A stretch of DNA of 64,000 nt from Ignavibacteriota bacterium (GCA_020437545.1 JAGQWH010000005.1:229-64228), one strand, 5' to 3'. Shown: positions 26,873 through 37,395, numbered from the stretch's first letter. Program-made: numbers and translations. The notes: generated by a model from the sequence alone, not told the origin.

Positions 26873-28752
26873 AAGGATCCATGCCATAGATTCAGACTGT
26901 AAAACATAAGTATCCTCTGATACACACCGGCTCTGCTTATTTCATCATCAGCTGAAACTTTTTTCTCAAGTACATCAAATAAAAACTTTACGTATTCTTT
27001 ACTTATATATTCATTTAAAAAATTTCCCTGCGATGTGATGTTTTCTTTTATTACATTAAATTCTTTTTTGCTCAACGAACTGTCCAGTGGTATAGTAAAT
27101 CCTTTTTTCGGAGCCTTACTTGTAATTGCTGGATAAATTTTGCTGTGAATATCTCTTAAAATTTTCTTGGTTACTTTCAGACTCGATTTCTGATCAAATG
27201 GAATTGACAAAGCCAGATCGGTCAGATCTTCATCAAGCAAAGGCACTCTGTATTCAACACTGTTAAGCATTGACATCATATCAGTCTTTCTGAGATAATC
27301 ACTGAGCATCTGTTTTCTGAAATAATCAAACACAACTTTACCTTTGAATTTTTGCGGTATCTGATCTTCAAAGATCCTGTTATAATTATTAAGACCTGCA
27401 GATGTATCAAAGAGAAACGGGCTTTTTCCGTTGAACAAAGTTTTCCTTGGAAACCATGAATGCCAGTCATACAATAATTCACTCTGATCATCTTTCCAAA
27501 GATCCGCAATTCTTTTTACAGATCTTTTGTGATTTATATTCAGAATTTTTTCTGCAGTCTTCAGAAACGCACTTCCGCTGCTCTTGAGCAAACCATTATT
27601 ATTTAATTTTTCAATATAGGTCAGCCATGTCATAGAAGGATATCCATTATATAATTCATCTCCGCCGTCTCCGCCCAGAAGCACTTTGGTGATCTTACCC
27701 GTTGCTTTAGTAAGGAAGTAAACATTTATAGCTGAAGAATCTGCATATGGCTGATCAAAATTAAAAATGATCTTATTAAGCGTATCAAGATTCAATTCCG
27801 ATTCTACTTCTACGAATTCATGTTTTCCGTCCAGTGTTTTGGAATATATCTTTGATAACTCTTCTTCATTATATTCTTCATCATCAAATTTCACGGTCAG
27901 TCCTTTTATATCACTGTCTGATCTGTTTGCATAAGCATAGATCAGAGATGAATCTATTCCACCGCTCAAAGCTACCGCAACTTCCACATCCGATGTTAAA
28001 TTTCTTTTAACTGCGGTTTGAAGCTGAGCCTCAGTTTCAGTTGTATTCCCATTTACATCATTATTATTTTCAGATTCAAAATCATATATCTTAAAACAGG
28101 TCTTGGAAGTGTTTCCATTCTGAATTTCATAAACACTACCCGGAGCAAGGGCAATGATCTCTTTATAAACTGTTTCCGGCTCGGGACAATAACCGAGGTT
28201 AAGAAATGTTTTAATTACGTCTTCGTTTATTGTGACTTTATCTTTAACACTTGGAAGAAGAGCTTTTATCTCACTTCCGAATATGTGAAAACCATTTTTA
28301 TTAAAATAATACAAGGGCTTTACTCCGGCCGGATCCCTTGCCAGTATGACCTTTTGTGTCTGTCTGTTATCATAGATTGCAAATGCATATATACCTCTGA
28401 GCTTTTTGAAAAAGTCCGTACCTTCTTTAAGATATCCTTCCAGTACAACTTCGGAATCAGAATTTGAATTGAATCTTGCTCCCGTTAATTCTTTTTTCAA
28501 CTCCGCATAATTATAAACTTCACCGTTATATATAATGTATGCTTCCGCATTAGCAGATTTCATAGGCTGATTACCACTTTCCGACAGATCTATGATGCTT
28601 AATCTGTTGTGTCCGAGATAAACATTATCAAGCAATTGCTCTTTACTGCTGTCAGGTCCTCTGTGTGCAATGGCTTTCAAACCCTTTGCAAGTAAAGGCT
28701 GAATCACTTCGAGTCTTTTATCAAAATCAATTGCACCTAAAAATCCGCACAT
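26869..28752 (-). CDS. Asparagine synthase (glutamine-hydrolysing) family amidotransferase, full length (second copy)
   Basis: 627 aa. N-terminal MCGFLG and PP-loop ALSGGIDSSL. Confidence 0.9.
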   Translation of the reverse strand: MCGFLGAIDFDKRLEVIQPLLAKGLKAIAHRGPDSSKEQLLDNVYLGHNRLSIIDLSESGNQPMKSANAEAYIIYNGEVYNYAELKKELTGARFNSNSDSEVVLEGYLKEGTDFFKKLRGIYAFAIYDNRQTQKVILARDPAGVKPLYYFNKNGFHIFGSEIKALLPSVKDKVTINEDVIKTFLNLGYCPEPETVYKEIIALAPGSVYEIQNGNTSKTCFKIYDFESENNNDVNGNTTETEAQLQTAVKRNLTSDVEVAVALSGGIDSSLIYAYANRSDSDIKGLTVKFDDEEYNEEELSKIYSKTLDGKHEFVEVESELNLDTLNKIIFNFDQPYADSSAINVYFLTKATGKITKVLLGGDGGDELYNGYPSMTWLTYIEKLNNNGLLKSSGSAFLKTAEKILNINHKRSVKRIADLWKDDQSELLYDWHSWFPRKTLFNGKSPFLFDTSAGLNNYNRIFEDQIPQKFKGKVVFDYFRKQMLSDYLRKTDMMSMLNSVEYRVPLLDEDLTDLALSIPFDQKSSLKVTKKILRDIHSKIYPAITSKAPKKGFTIPLDSSLSKKEFNVIKENITSQGNFLNEYISKEYVKFLFDVLEKKVSADDEISRAGVYQRILMFYSLNLWHGSL

Positions 28753-28775
28753 TCTCTGATTATAATCTTAATGTT

Positions 28776-29909
28776 TTAAAATAATTTAATACTGCTGATT
28801 GCATCTGTATATCTCTTCACTATTTTTGACCAGTGATGCTCCAATGCCCATTCCCTGGCATTTTTACTGAACGTTCGATAATTTTCCGAAATTGTTTTTA
28901 CGGCATCCAGTATCTCTGCTGGATCTTTGGGATCAACAAGTATTCCGCTTACACCATTATTTATCGAATCTTCAAGTCCGCTGTTCTTCGAACCTATAGC
29001 AGGCAATCCGAAATAATTCGCTTCTATCACTGCAATTCCAAACCCTTCAAAATCCCCGCTTGTCTGTGTTTCGCTCAGCAGAATAAAAATATCACTTTTA
29101 CTCAGTGTTTCTGTCTTTACAACATCTGTTACCTGTCCCAAGATATTTACTATATTCTTATATGTTTCATCATCAAAATAATCCCTGACGAGAGAGAGAT
29201 CAGCGTGTCTGCCTATAATATTATATTTCAGATCCGGAAACTCCTTTAGTAATTCCGGTAATGCTTTATAAACATTATGATGACCTTTTCTCGGCCATAC
29301 CGTCCCTACGGTTACAAGATCCAGTTTTCCATTCGAAGAAACTTTCTCATGAATTGATATACCTTCAAGATTTTCCAGATCAAATCCATTCGGTATCACT
29401 ATAACTTTTTCAGGAGAAATATCAGCTTTAATAAATGACTTTGAAAAGTTTGATACGGGAATGACAAGATCTGATTTCTTAAGAGCATTATTTATAAGCC
29501 CTTTCTGAAAAATATCATTCGTGTTTATATCACCGCCATGAACAATCGATATGTATTTAGCTTTATATTTATTCTTTGTGAGCATTGCACAGCAAAACAA
29601 TGCAAACCTTCCTGAAAATATTATATGAGTGAAGTTTTCTTCAAGTAAACTTTTCTTTATAAGTTTAATTCTTTCAAGATAAGTTTTAACTCTGTTATCA
29701 TATCTTTCAAATCTTATGATATCAAAATTCTGTTTAATGTCAAACTCATCTGATTCCTTTTTATCGGTATAATCAGACACTGTCAAAACTTTGATTTCCT
29801 TTCCGTTCAGCCCGAGATATTTTGCAAGATTATATGCATGATTTCCGATACCGCCCGGACCGGGAGGAAATTCAGATGTGATCATCAGATATTTCTCAGA
29901 GCCACTCAA
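28776..29909 (-). CDS. GT4 glycosyltransferase
   Basis: 377 aa. PPGPGGIGNHAYNLA N-domain, and the EGFGIAVIEANYFGLPAIGSKNSGLEDSI E-x7-E block. Confidence 0.85.
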   Translation of the reverse strand: MSGSEKYLMITSEFPPGPGGIGNHAYNLAKYLGLNGKEIKVLTVSDYTDKKESDEFDIKQNFDIIRFERYDNRVKTYLERIKLIKKSLLEENFTHIIFSGRFALFCCAMLTKNKYKAKYISIVHGGDINTNDIFQKGLINNALKKSDLVIPVSNFSKSFIKADISPEKVIVIPNGFDLENLEGISIHEKVSSNGKLDLVTVGTVWPRKGHHNVYKALPELLKEFPDLKYNIIGRHADLSLVRDYFDDETYKNIVNILGQVTDVVKTETLSKSDIFILLSETQTSGDFEGFGIAVIEANYFGLPAIGSKNSGLEDSINNGVSGILVDPKDPAEILDAVKTISENYRTFSKNAREWALEHHWSKIVKRYTDAISSIKLF

Positions 29910-31266
29910 TCTTATCCCCTTCTTTTAACATTTTAGATGACCTGCTCCATGAAATACCAAGCTGGATCAAAAGTATTGGAAATATAAAAATTGCCGCAAT
30001 CGCACTGAGTGGATATAAATATCTTTTGCTTTTCCATTTGTAAGGTATCAGAGAAGGATACATGCCCAGTATTAGAGCGTTCACAACATAACTTCCCGGA
30101 AAATATTTTCTGTAATAATACAATACACTTGGTATAGGTCTTGGTGCAAAAAAATTCTTCGGTCTGAATGCATCCCATGAACCTAATTCCCTTAATCCGC
30201 CTGTTCCGATCTTTAAATGTATTCGTTTTGCAAGCGGATTTGAAATGCTTCTGAATCCTGCAAGAAATGCCCGCATGCCGAATTCACCGTCACCCATTCG
30301 CTGTTTATCAAACTGTCTGTCAAACATTCCTGTTTTTAAAAACACTTTTCTTTTTACCAGTGCATTTCCGGAATCGAACTGATCCGCCCATCTGAAAAAA
30401 CTGTAATTTTCCGGTACACTATCTCCGGTCGTTGAAAGCGATACTCCCGCTGAAATGTCAGCATTGAAATAATCAAGACTTTTCAGATGCTGAAACACCC
30501 AGTCTTTATCTACTCTCGAATCATCATCAAAAAAAAGCAGATAATCACCTTTACAGTTTCTAACAGCTTCATTCCTTGAAAGCCACTGTCCTTTACCTTT
30601 CTGAAAAATCACTTTCAGTCCAATGCTGAAATTTTCATAAAATTTTTTATCAGGATCATCCGTCTGATCAATGATTATTATTTCAATGTTTTTGTAATCC
30701 TGATTTTCAAGATCTTCGATCACGTCCTTTAGATATTTATACCGGTTGAGGGTCGGTATGATAATACTGACAAGAGGCGATGATTCAACAAGTTTTGAAT
30801 TAAATTTCTCATATTCGGCATACTCACAGTGCGGATTTATCAGATCAGTTTTTATAATTCCTTTAGTTGATCTTAATGCCTTCAGTTCTTTAAAAGGATT
30901 TGAAAACCGCAATATGTTTTTCAGAAAAAAGTAATAAACTCTATGGGATTTAAAATATTTCCTGACAAAGATGTAGTTGTCTTTCAGTGATGGTTTATCT
31001 TCAAACATCAGATCAGGAAACTTTACTTTTTCAGTGTATAGAAGCTCCCCTTTATTCCATAACTGATAACCTATATCAAGCAGTTTAGCAGTCTCGTTTG
31101 AATATCGTTCATCTCTTTCAAAAAGCTTTGAACCTGATTCTGAGATCTTTACATACTTTGGATTATAGTAATAAGTTGAAAAGGTCTCCGCATTTTCCGG
31201 ATAAAGATTATAATACCATATTGGATTTATGTCTTTCAGAAACGTAAAACTGTTAAGTACTTTCAA
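29896..31266 (-). CDS. GT2 glycosyltransferase with N-terminal extension and C-terminal membrane segment
   Basis: 456 aa. VSIIIPTLNRYKYLKDVIEDLENQDYKNIEIIIIDQ and LLFFDDDS (DxD). A C-terminal hydrophobic stretch follows (YPLSAIAAIFIFPILLIQLGI). Confidence 0.75.
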   Translation of the reverse strand: MKVLNSFTFLKDINPIWYYNLYPENAETFSTYYYNPKYVKISESGSKLFERDERYSNETAKLLDIGYQLWNKGELLYTEKVKFPDLMFEDKPSLKDNYIFVRKYFKSHRVYYFFLKNILRFSNPFKELKALRSTKGIIKTDLINPHCEYAEYEKFNSKLVESSPLVSIIIPTLNRYKYLKDVIEDLENQDYKNIEIIIIDQTDDPDKKFYENFSIGLKVIFQKGKGQWLSRNEAVRNCKGDYLLFFDDDSRVDKDWVFQHLKSLDYFNADISAGVSLSTTGDSVPENYSFFRWADQFDSGNALVKRKVFLKTGMFDRQFDKQRMGDGEFGMRAFLAGFRSISNPLAKRIHLKIGTGGLRELGSWDAFRPKNFFAPRPIPSVLYYYRKYFPGSYVVNALILGMYPSLIPYKWKSKRYLYPLSAIAAIFIFPILLIQLGISWSRSSKMLKEGDKIEWL

Positions 31267-31302
31267 TATAAAATTTTGGTAAATCTTATTGAATAATATT
31301 AA

Positions 31303-32277
31303 TTACAGATTCAGATCAGTATCATACAGAGTAAAATAAAACCTTTCTGAATCTTTGAATGGATCATCTTTTGTATAATAAATAACCTTCTCATCATTTC
31401 TTGATTTTATGAACCCCGCACCGGCAAGCCATTTCATTTCATCAGTGGAATTGGCAATTGCCTGAATTATCTCCGTCTTGTCATTTTCACATTCTCTGAA
31501 CAAATATGAAAACATACTCATAAAATCAGATTCGTCAGCACAGTGCCATTCATATAGATTAAAGTTGACTCCGAAATGTGAGTACAACACATAACTTCCT
31601 TTCGGGGACATAATAGTTTTCAGTTTTGGGAAATAATTCAAAAATCCTGAAGCCCTCCATTCAAGAAATGCTTTATCATGCTTAATCTGAGGATTTCTGT
31701 CATTCTTTTGTCTTTGTGAGATCAGCAGTTCTGTATCATTCAGTTCACAGATATAAAAATCTGATTTCACTTTTTCAAATTTCTTCTTCTTTAATTTAAA
31801 ATATGGTTTTATGATCTTTGAAATTACAGGATTTATGGAAGAGAATTTTTTGGGAACTGCCCAGTTTACCAGTTTTCCCGGATCGATAGGAAAGACCATG
31901 AGTCTTCCGCATTTGAATGGTTTGAATCCTGCTTTGGTCATAAGAACATCAGCTTTTGGACTGGGATTGTTTCCAAGTGTGATCATATCCCTGTCCATCG
32001 CGGCTTTAAAAAGTTTATTGCCAACTCCTGATTTCCTGTGATCATGATCAACAATCAGGTCACATGCCCATTGAGCATCGTAATCTTTCCCGTTTGAAAT
32101 TAATGTAACAGGTATTAAACCGAGCTGTCCTATAATAGTATTTTCCGAAACTGCCAGAAGCAATCCATTGACAGTCCCTCTTTCCGGACCTCTGAATTTC
32201 CATCTGTTGTATATCTCCGATCTGCGTCTCTTTTTGTTTGGCCAGAGTTTTACCGAAAACTCTTCATGCATTTTCAC
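31303..32277 (-). CDS. GNAT-like acyltransferase, two-domain
   Basis: 324 aa. The N-domain has IVDHDHRKSGVGNKLFKAA (GNAT motif A-like). The C-terminal domain is unassigned. Confidence 0.45.
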   Translation of the reverse strand: MKMHEEFSVKLWPNKKRRRSEIYNRWKFRGPERGTVNGLLLAVSENTIIGQLGLIPVTLISNGKDYDAQWACDLIVDHDHRKSGVGNKLFKAAMDRDMITLGNNPSPKADVLMTKAGFKPFKCGRLMVFPIDPGKLVNWAVPKKFSSINPVISKIIKPYFKLKKKKFEKVKSDFYICELNDTELLISQRQKNDRNPQIKHDKAFLEWRASGFLNYFPKLKTIMSPKGSYVLYSHFGVNFNLYEWHCADESDFMSMFSYLFRECENDKTEIIQAIANSTDEMKWLAGAGFIKSRNDEKVIYYTKDDPFKDSERFYFTLYDTDLNL

Positions 32278-32326
32278 AAACTCGTCGGAATATGGAAGTA
32301 TCTCAATATTAATTTTCTGTAATTCC

Positions 32327-33178
32327 TTATTTAAAATATTTTTTAATATAATCAGTTACTGTATATACTTCGAGCATTCCTTTATCAATCTTATCCTTAA
32401 CTATTTCCATGAATTTATTAAAATGAATTTCACTTTCAGACTTATCCCTGCTCAATGCTGCGGGATGTCCTACAATTACAAGTGTCTCATTTTTTTCAAC
32501 AGCTTTCTCAAGATACTTCTGCGCAAAATCATCAAACCCTGTATAATGCTGAGGAACACAGATTATCCCGTCATGTGTTTCCCATTTGTAAAAATTCATA
32601 TCCTCACTGCTGCTTCCTGAAAATTTTTTCCAGACAGGCTTATAGTTTTTTAAAACCCTGCACCATTTATATTCAAGAGCAGACAACTGTTTCAGAACAT
32701 ATCCCATATCAGAACCCTTATGGAGCGGATAAAATCCTCTGTCTCCAAAACTTACTGAAAACTTTTTGTACCAGCTCATTGGTCTGCTGTGCGGAGGAAC
32801 AAACCCTGTGACAGAATTTTTTAATCCAAGACATTCTTCGAGTGCATACTTACTTCTTTCAAGTGACTTGGTAATCTGTTTATCCATCAGATATGGAAAC
32901 CATTCATGTTTCCATGAGTGTGATGCTATTTCATGTCCTTCATTGTGAATTTTCCTGATCTGATCCGGATTGTTAAATGGCATTACGCCTTTCTCAGCTG
33001 CAAATCCTACACAGGCAAAAGTCATTTTAATATTTATCTCTTTTGCCTTAATTAAGATTTTTTCAACATTCTCAATCTCCTGATAGATAGGGTCATATTT
33101 AAAGTTGTAAGGGAATGTAGAATTGATCTGTCCTAATGCAGTATCGTAATCCCAGACTATCAGTAATTTTGCTGACAT
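32327..33178 (-). CDS. Polysaccharide deacetylase (CE4 / NodB-homology; ArnD/LgmC-like role possible)
   Basis: 283 aa. Contains VWDYDT (Asp motif) and the EIASHSWKHEW (H-S-x-x-H) metal-binding motif. No signal peptide. Confidence 0.7.
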   Translation of the reverse strand: MSAKLLIVWDYDTALGQINSTFPYNFKYDPIYQEIENVEKILIKAKEINIKMTFACVGFAAEKGVMPFNNPDQIRKIHNEGHEIASHSWKHEWFPYLMDKQITKSLERSKYALEECLGLKNSVTGFVPPHSRPMSWYKKFSVSFGDRGFYPLHKGSDMGYVLKQLSALEYKWCRVLKNYKPVWKKFSGSSSEDMNFYKWETHDGIICVPQHYTGFDDFAQKYLEKAVEKNETLVIVGHPAALSRDKSESEIHFNKFMEIVKDKIDKGMLEVYTVTDYIKKYFK

Positions 33179-33181
33179 TTT

Positions 33182-34624
33182 TTATTTTGGTTTGATCAGA
33201 TTATATTCATCTTTATCCTCATCTTCTCTCTTACCTATCAATGCAACAGCAAATACCGGGAAGAGAATATACGGAAAATTGTATCTGGATCTCGTCTCAG
33301 ATATAGGCATCAATGCCATTGTATAGATAAGGTATGCCCATAAAATATAAACCGAAAGCGAAGAAAGTTTTTTATTTCTGTATAAAAATAAAAACGGGAA
33401 AAATAATATTATCCAGAAGAATAAATTTTCTATAGACTGAAAGAATCCTTCCGTATAAGGATCCAGAGGATAATCAGTATACTGAAAGAAATAACTTATC
33501 GTCCAGTCCTGTCTGCCGGAATACTTTATCATTTTGAAAGGCATTCCTTTTATTATTACATCCGGATTACTTTTTATAAAATCAAATGTTTCCTTCTGCA
33601 AAGCTTTATCAAATTCCATTTCAGGAAGTTTATCATATTTGGCAATCACAGAATCAGGTATACCGTTATAATCCCCTACTCTTTTCGGATCTGTCGTAAC
33701 GTTACTGCTGTACATTCCCAGACCGGTAGTCGGCATTAATCTCACTTCGCCAAATAGCAGGTAATTCCTGTATATCCACGGAGAGTAAAATATCAAAAAG
33801 CTAATATATATTACTGCAAGTTTTTTTAATGCATGAAAAAGATTCTCGTCTTTATGCTTCTCTATCAGAAATGGGACCAGTATAAGTATCATCAGAAAAT
33901 TAAATCTTACATACATTTCGGCAGTTAATAATATTCCGATCAGAACAAGCTGATAAAACTTTCCTGTATAGTTTTTTAATACTATGAAAAGTAATATTAT
34001 AAAAAAGAAAAATGATAACTGGGTATTTGAGTTTGATGCCATAAACAGCATATTCGGAGAAATGGCTATATATCCAAATGCTATCAATCCCGCTATATTC
34101 CCGGTATCCCGGAAAAGATAATAACCGCTTATCAGAACTCCGAAAGAAAACAAGATCATTATTATTGAGAAAGTCAAAGGGCTGTTATATATAAAAAGTC
34201 CTGCTGCAAAAACTGCCGGAAGCCCGGGCTGCCTGAAATTCCTTAATTCAATTCCTGAGAAATCATAAAACTCTCCTTCCGTCGCCATTCTCATTCCCAG
34301 CTTTTCATGCTTCTCATAATCACTGTCCTGTACCGGACGGTCGATCATGTCATGCACAGCAAACAATAATCTCAGAACTATTCCCGCTATCATCAGAGTT
34401 TTAAAGATCTTCTGTTTGCCTATTTCAAAGACATCTCTTTTAAAGATCCTGCGGACAATATAGAAAGCAGCTATAATTAAAAGTATCTCGACTATATAAT
34501 CAGGAAATCTGTATTTGACCGCAAGCAATAACCGGTTGAACAATCCCGTGATTATCAGCAAAGCCAGAAGAATGATATTTCCCCATCTTCCCGTTGAGTC
34601 ATAAAGTTTTAATAATTTATTCAT
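33182..34624 (-). CDS. Polytopic GT-C-fold glycosyltransferase (ArnT/GT39/GT83-like)
   Basis: 480 aa with 11 or more TM segments. It has an acidic first periplasmic loop (VQDSDYEKHEKLG) and the overall ArnT/PMT_2-like architecture. Confidence 0.6.
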   Translation of the reverse strand: MNKLLKLYDSTGRWGNIILLALLIITGLFNRLLLAVKYRFPDYIVEILLIIAAFYIVRRIFKRDVFEIGKQKIFKTLMIAGIVLRLLFAVHDMIDRPVQDSDYEKHEKLGMRMATEGEFYDFSGIELRNFRQPGLPAVFAAGLFIYNSPLTFSIIMILFSFGVLISGYYLFRDTGNIAGLIAFGYIAISPNMLFMASNSNTQLSFFFFIILLFIVLKNYTGKFYQLVLIGILLTAEMYVRFNFLMILILVPFLIEKHKDENLFHALKKLAVIYISFLIFYSPWIYRNYLLFGEVRLMPTTGLGMYSSNVTTDPKRVGDYNGIPDSVIAKYDKLPEMEFDKALQKETFDFIKSNPDVIIKGMPFKMIKYSGRQDWTISYFFQYTDYPLDPYTEGFFQSIENLFFWIILFFPFLFLYRNKKLSSLSVYILWAYLIYTMALMPISETRSRYNFPYILFPVFAVALIGKREDEDKDEYNLIKPK

Positions 34625-35762
34625 TTTCGAGATAATAATTTTTAATGTTGTTTATTACATAGTCCAGATCTTCATCCGTAAGTTCATAGTAAAAAGGAAG
34701 TCTTAACAAATGTTCAGTATAATAATCTGAATATTTCAAATCATTGTTACTGTTTTTGTCTTTATAGAACTTGCTTTTATTAAGTGAAAGATAATGAAAC
34801 ACAGCATCAATGCCTTTTGATTTAAGATATTTAATAAGACCTGATCTGTCCCCGGGAGTTCGGCAGAGAATATAAAACATGTGGGCATTATTAGTAGCAT
34901 AATCCGGAATTTCCTGAAATCTCAGATACCCTTTTTCCGAAAGTTCCGATAAATTTTTATAATAATATTCCCATATATGTTTTCTCTTCTTCTGAATGTC
35001 ATCAAGATTTTCCAGTTGGGCATACAGAAATGCAGCTATAATATCCGATGGCAGAAAAGAAGATCCGATATCAACCCATCCGTATTTATCCACTTCACCG
35101 CGGAAGAATGCAGATCTGTTTGTCCCCTTCTCTCTGATTATTTCCGCTCTTTCTGAAAATTTCTTATCATTAATTACAAGCATTCCGCCTTCGCCCGAAA
35201 TTACATTTTTGGTTTCATGAAATGAAAAAGCCGCAAGATGTCCGATCGAACCCAAAGGTCTGCCTTTGTAATATGAATCAACTGACTGTGCTGCATCCTC
35301 TACTACAAAAATATTTTTCCTGTTTGCGATTTCCATTAGAGGATCCATATTGACAGCTATACCGGCATAATGCACTACTACAATAGCCCTCGTCTTATCA
35401 GTGATCAGATCTTCTATTTTATCAACATCAATATTAGGTGTACCCTCTTCACTGTCACAGAATACTATCTTAGCTCCTCTAAGTACAAATGCATTTACTG
35501 ATGAAACAAATGTATAAGCAGGCGCTATTACTTCATCTCCGGGTTTTATTTCAAGCAGTATTGCAGCCATTTCAAGAGCATCCGTACAGGAAGTTGTAAG
35601 TAGCACTTTTTCAAATCCGTAACGCTCTTCAAAAAAACCATGACACTTCTTTGTAAAAATACCGTCACCTGAAATTTTTCGTGTCTGTACAGATTCAAGA
35701 ATATAGTCCGTTTCTTTACCTGTCAGATAAGGCTTATTAAATCCTATTTTACGTTTTTCCAA
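34617..35762 (-). CDS. dTDP-4-amino-4,6-dideoxyhexose aminotransferase (WecE/RffA-like DegT family)
   Basis: 381 aa. FNKPYLTGKETDYI...SCTDALEMAAILLEIKPGDEVIAPAYTFVSSVNAFVLRGAKIVFCD lines up closely by eye with the E. coli WecE N-terminal region as I recall it. PLP-lysine block SFHETKNVISGEGG. Confidence 0.85.
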   Translation of the reverse strand: MEKRKIGFNKPYLTGKETDYILESVQTRKISGDGIFTKKCHGFFEERYGFEKVLLTTSCTDALEMAAILLEIKPGDEVIAPAYTFVSSVNAFVLRGAKIVFCDSEEGTPNIDVDKIEDLITDKTRAIVVVHYAGIAVNMDPLMEIANRKNIFVVEDAAQSVDSYYKGRPLGSIGHLAAFSFHETKNVISGEGGMLVINDKKFSERAEIIREKGTNRSAFFRGEVDKYGWVDIGSSFLPSDIIAAFLYAQLENLDDIQKKRKHIWEYYYKNLSELSEKGYLRFQEIPDYATNNAHMFYILCRTPGDRSGLIKYLKSKGIDAVFHYLSLNKSKFYKDKNSNNDLKYSDYYTEHLLRLPFYYELTDEDLDYVINNIKNYYLENE

Positions 35763-35791
35763 TTTTTTAAAAAATAATTTATCGATAGATT

Positions 35792-36697
35792 TTAATCTTC
35801 AAGTATTGCCAGTCCAAATCCGGATTTACCATGACTGTTTCCGTTATAAAGCATATAAATATTTTCTTTATGTGTAAAAACAAATGGGTAACACACCATC
35901 TCCGAATCCCATCCTTCTTCTGAAGCATTAATACCTGAGTTTAAATTATCCGGCTCCCATTTGATGCCATCGTTGCTTACGGAGTAACCTATTTTATACT
36001 TCGAACCGTCTCCGCTTCTGTATGAATACCACATATGATAAGCTCCGTCTTTGACCAATAAAGCCGGTCTGGAAAATGCCTGTGCCTTTCCGATCTCATA
36101 AGGAATTGCCAATCCTTTCTTGTTCCAGTTAACGCCGTCTTTTGACTCAGCATATTTGATCACATGGATCATTTCACCATTTTCAGAACTCCAGTCAATA
36201 GTTGTTCCATACCACATTTTGTAAATCCCATTTTCAAATATTACATAAGGGTATGACAGACTTACAGGATCTTCTTCATCTGTTGTTATAAAAGGTATTG
36301 AAGGATCAAGAGCTAATTCGGAAATTTTGTTTTTCAATAATAATCTTCCAATATCTCCTCTCCAGTGCTGTCCTTCGGGACATTGCCATCCCATGAACAG
36401 AATGTATTCATTTTCTTCAGCCTTATATGATCCGCCGATACTCACTCCATGAGAATAAAATGTATCATCATCCCCATATTTGAAAACAGGTTTCTTATGG
36501 TCATATACAATTTCCTTTTTTAAAATATCTATGTCCGCATAAGATACTGAAGATCTGTTATCAGCATTTCTGCCATTGTAAAAAATCCTGAACACATCAT
36601 CTTGCAAAAAAAGAGCAAGAGGATTTGAAGAATGTGTCAGCAAATAAGGATCATCATTTTCAGGGATATAGATACGTCCCAGCTTATTCCATTTCAT
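35792..36697 (-). CDS. Cytoplasmic five-bladed beta-propeller protein (GH43/GH32/GH130-superfamily-like)
   Basis: 301 aa with no signal peptide. Repeated W-rich blade motifs (YKMWYGT, YHMWYSY, DGVNWNK, DGIKWEP) are typical of the furanosidase/phosphorylase beta-propeller fold. Confidence 0.45.
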   Translation of the reverse strand: MKWNKLGRIYIPENDDPYLLTHSSNPLALFLQDDVFRIFYNGRNADNRSSVSYADIDILKKEIVYDHKKPVFKYGDDDTFYSHGVSIGGSYKAEENEYILFMGWQCPEGQHWRGDIGRLLLKNKISELALDPSIPFITTDEEDPVSLSYPYVIFENGIYKMWYGTTIDWSSENGEMIHVIKYAESKDGVNWNKKGLAIPYEIGKAQAFSRPALLVKDGAYHMWYSYRSGDGSKYKIGYSVSNDGIKWEPDNLNSGINASEEGWDSEMVCYPFVFTHKENIYMLYNGNSHGKSGFGLAILED

Positions 36698-36726
36698 GAA
36701 TTAAAATTTTGAATTTTGCTTACCTG

Positions 36727-37395
36727 TCAGGAGATCTGTATCTCATCGCTCTTTTTATCAAACAGAGTTGAACGTGCCGGAAGGTAAACACCTTTCTCTA
36801 CCGTGTCTTTCATAATAATTGCACCTGCCGCTATAAGTGTTTCCGGAGCAATAGTGATTCCGTCTCGTATAGTAGCATTGACTCCGATGAAGCAGTTATT
36901 TCTGATCTTTACAAAACCGGAAACCACTGCATGCGAAGTTATAAAATTATGATCATCTATTTCAACATCATGACCAATATGATTCCCGCTCCAGAGGACT
37001 ACATTATTACCGATCTTCACATAAGGCTGGATAGTATTATCCTCAAGTATAAAACAATTATCTCCTGTCGGGAACTGGGAAAGGTACGAACATCTGGAGC
37101 TAATATAATTTGCCATCACATATCCCTTGGCTTTACTTTCATTATACATTTTCTCTCTTATCTTATTCATATTTGTGTAACCCACTGCTACAAAAGCTTC
37201 ATAATCACCGGGAGGATATTTTTTTTCTATATCTTCAAAAGCTTCCACCGGAAGTCCTTCAAATGTTTTACCGGAAATGTATTTTTCATTAACTGAGAAT
37301 GCAACAACCTCTTTATCCGAATCAATATCAAAAAAATATTTTGCCAGTCTGGCATTTGAAGTATTACCTATAATAATTAATTTTTTCTTATCCAT
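36727..37395 (-). CDS. NeuD/PglD-family sugar N-/O-acyltransferase (hexapeptide repeat)
   Basis: 222 aa. An N-terminal Rossmann-like KKLIIIGNTSNARLAKYFF is followed by a C-terminal LbH (IGNNVVLWSGNHIGHDVEIDDHNFITSHAVVSGFVKIRNNCFIGVNATI). Confidence 0.75.
   Translation of the reverse strand: MDKKKLIIIGNTSNARLAKYFFDIDSDKEVVAFSVNEKYISGKTFEGLPVEAFEDIEKKYPPGDYEAFVAVGYTNMNKIREKMYNESKAKGYVMANYISSRCSYLSQFPTGDNCFILEDNTIQPYVKIGNNVVLWSGNHIGHDVEIDDHNFITSHAVVSGFVKIRNNCFIGVNATIRDGITIAPETLIAAGAIIMKDTVEKGVYLPARSTLFDKKSDEIQIS

Noticed and set aside
28018-28467. 149-aa plus-strand ORF, and similar ones at 32168..32620, 32455..32811, 53976..54449, 58804..59223, 57310..57684, 36931..37296 and 19287..19658
   Set aside because: All are antisense to well-supported minus-strand enzymes. 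They are an artefact of low GC content, which makes stop codons rare in the antisense frame.
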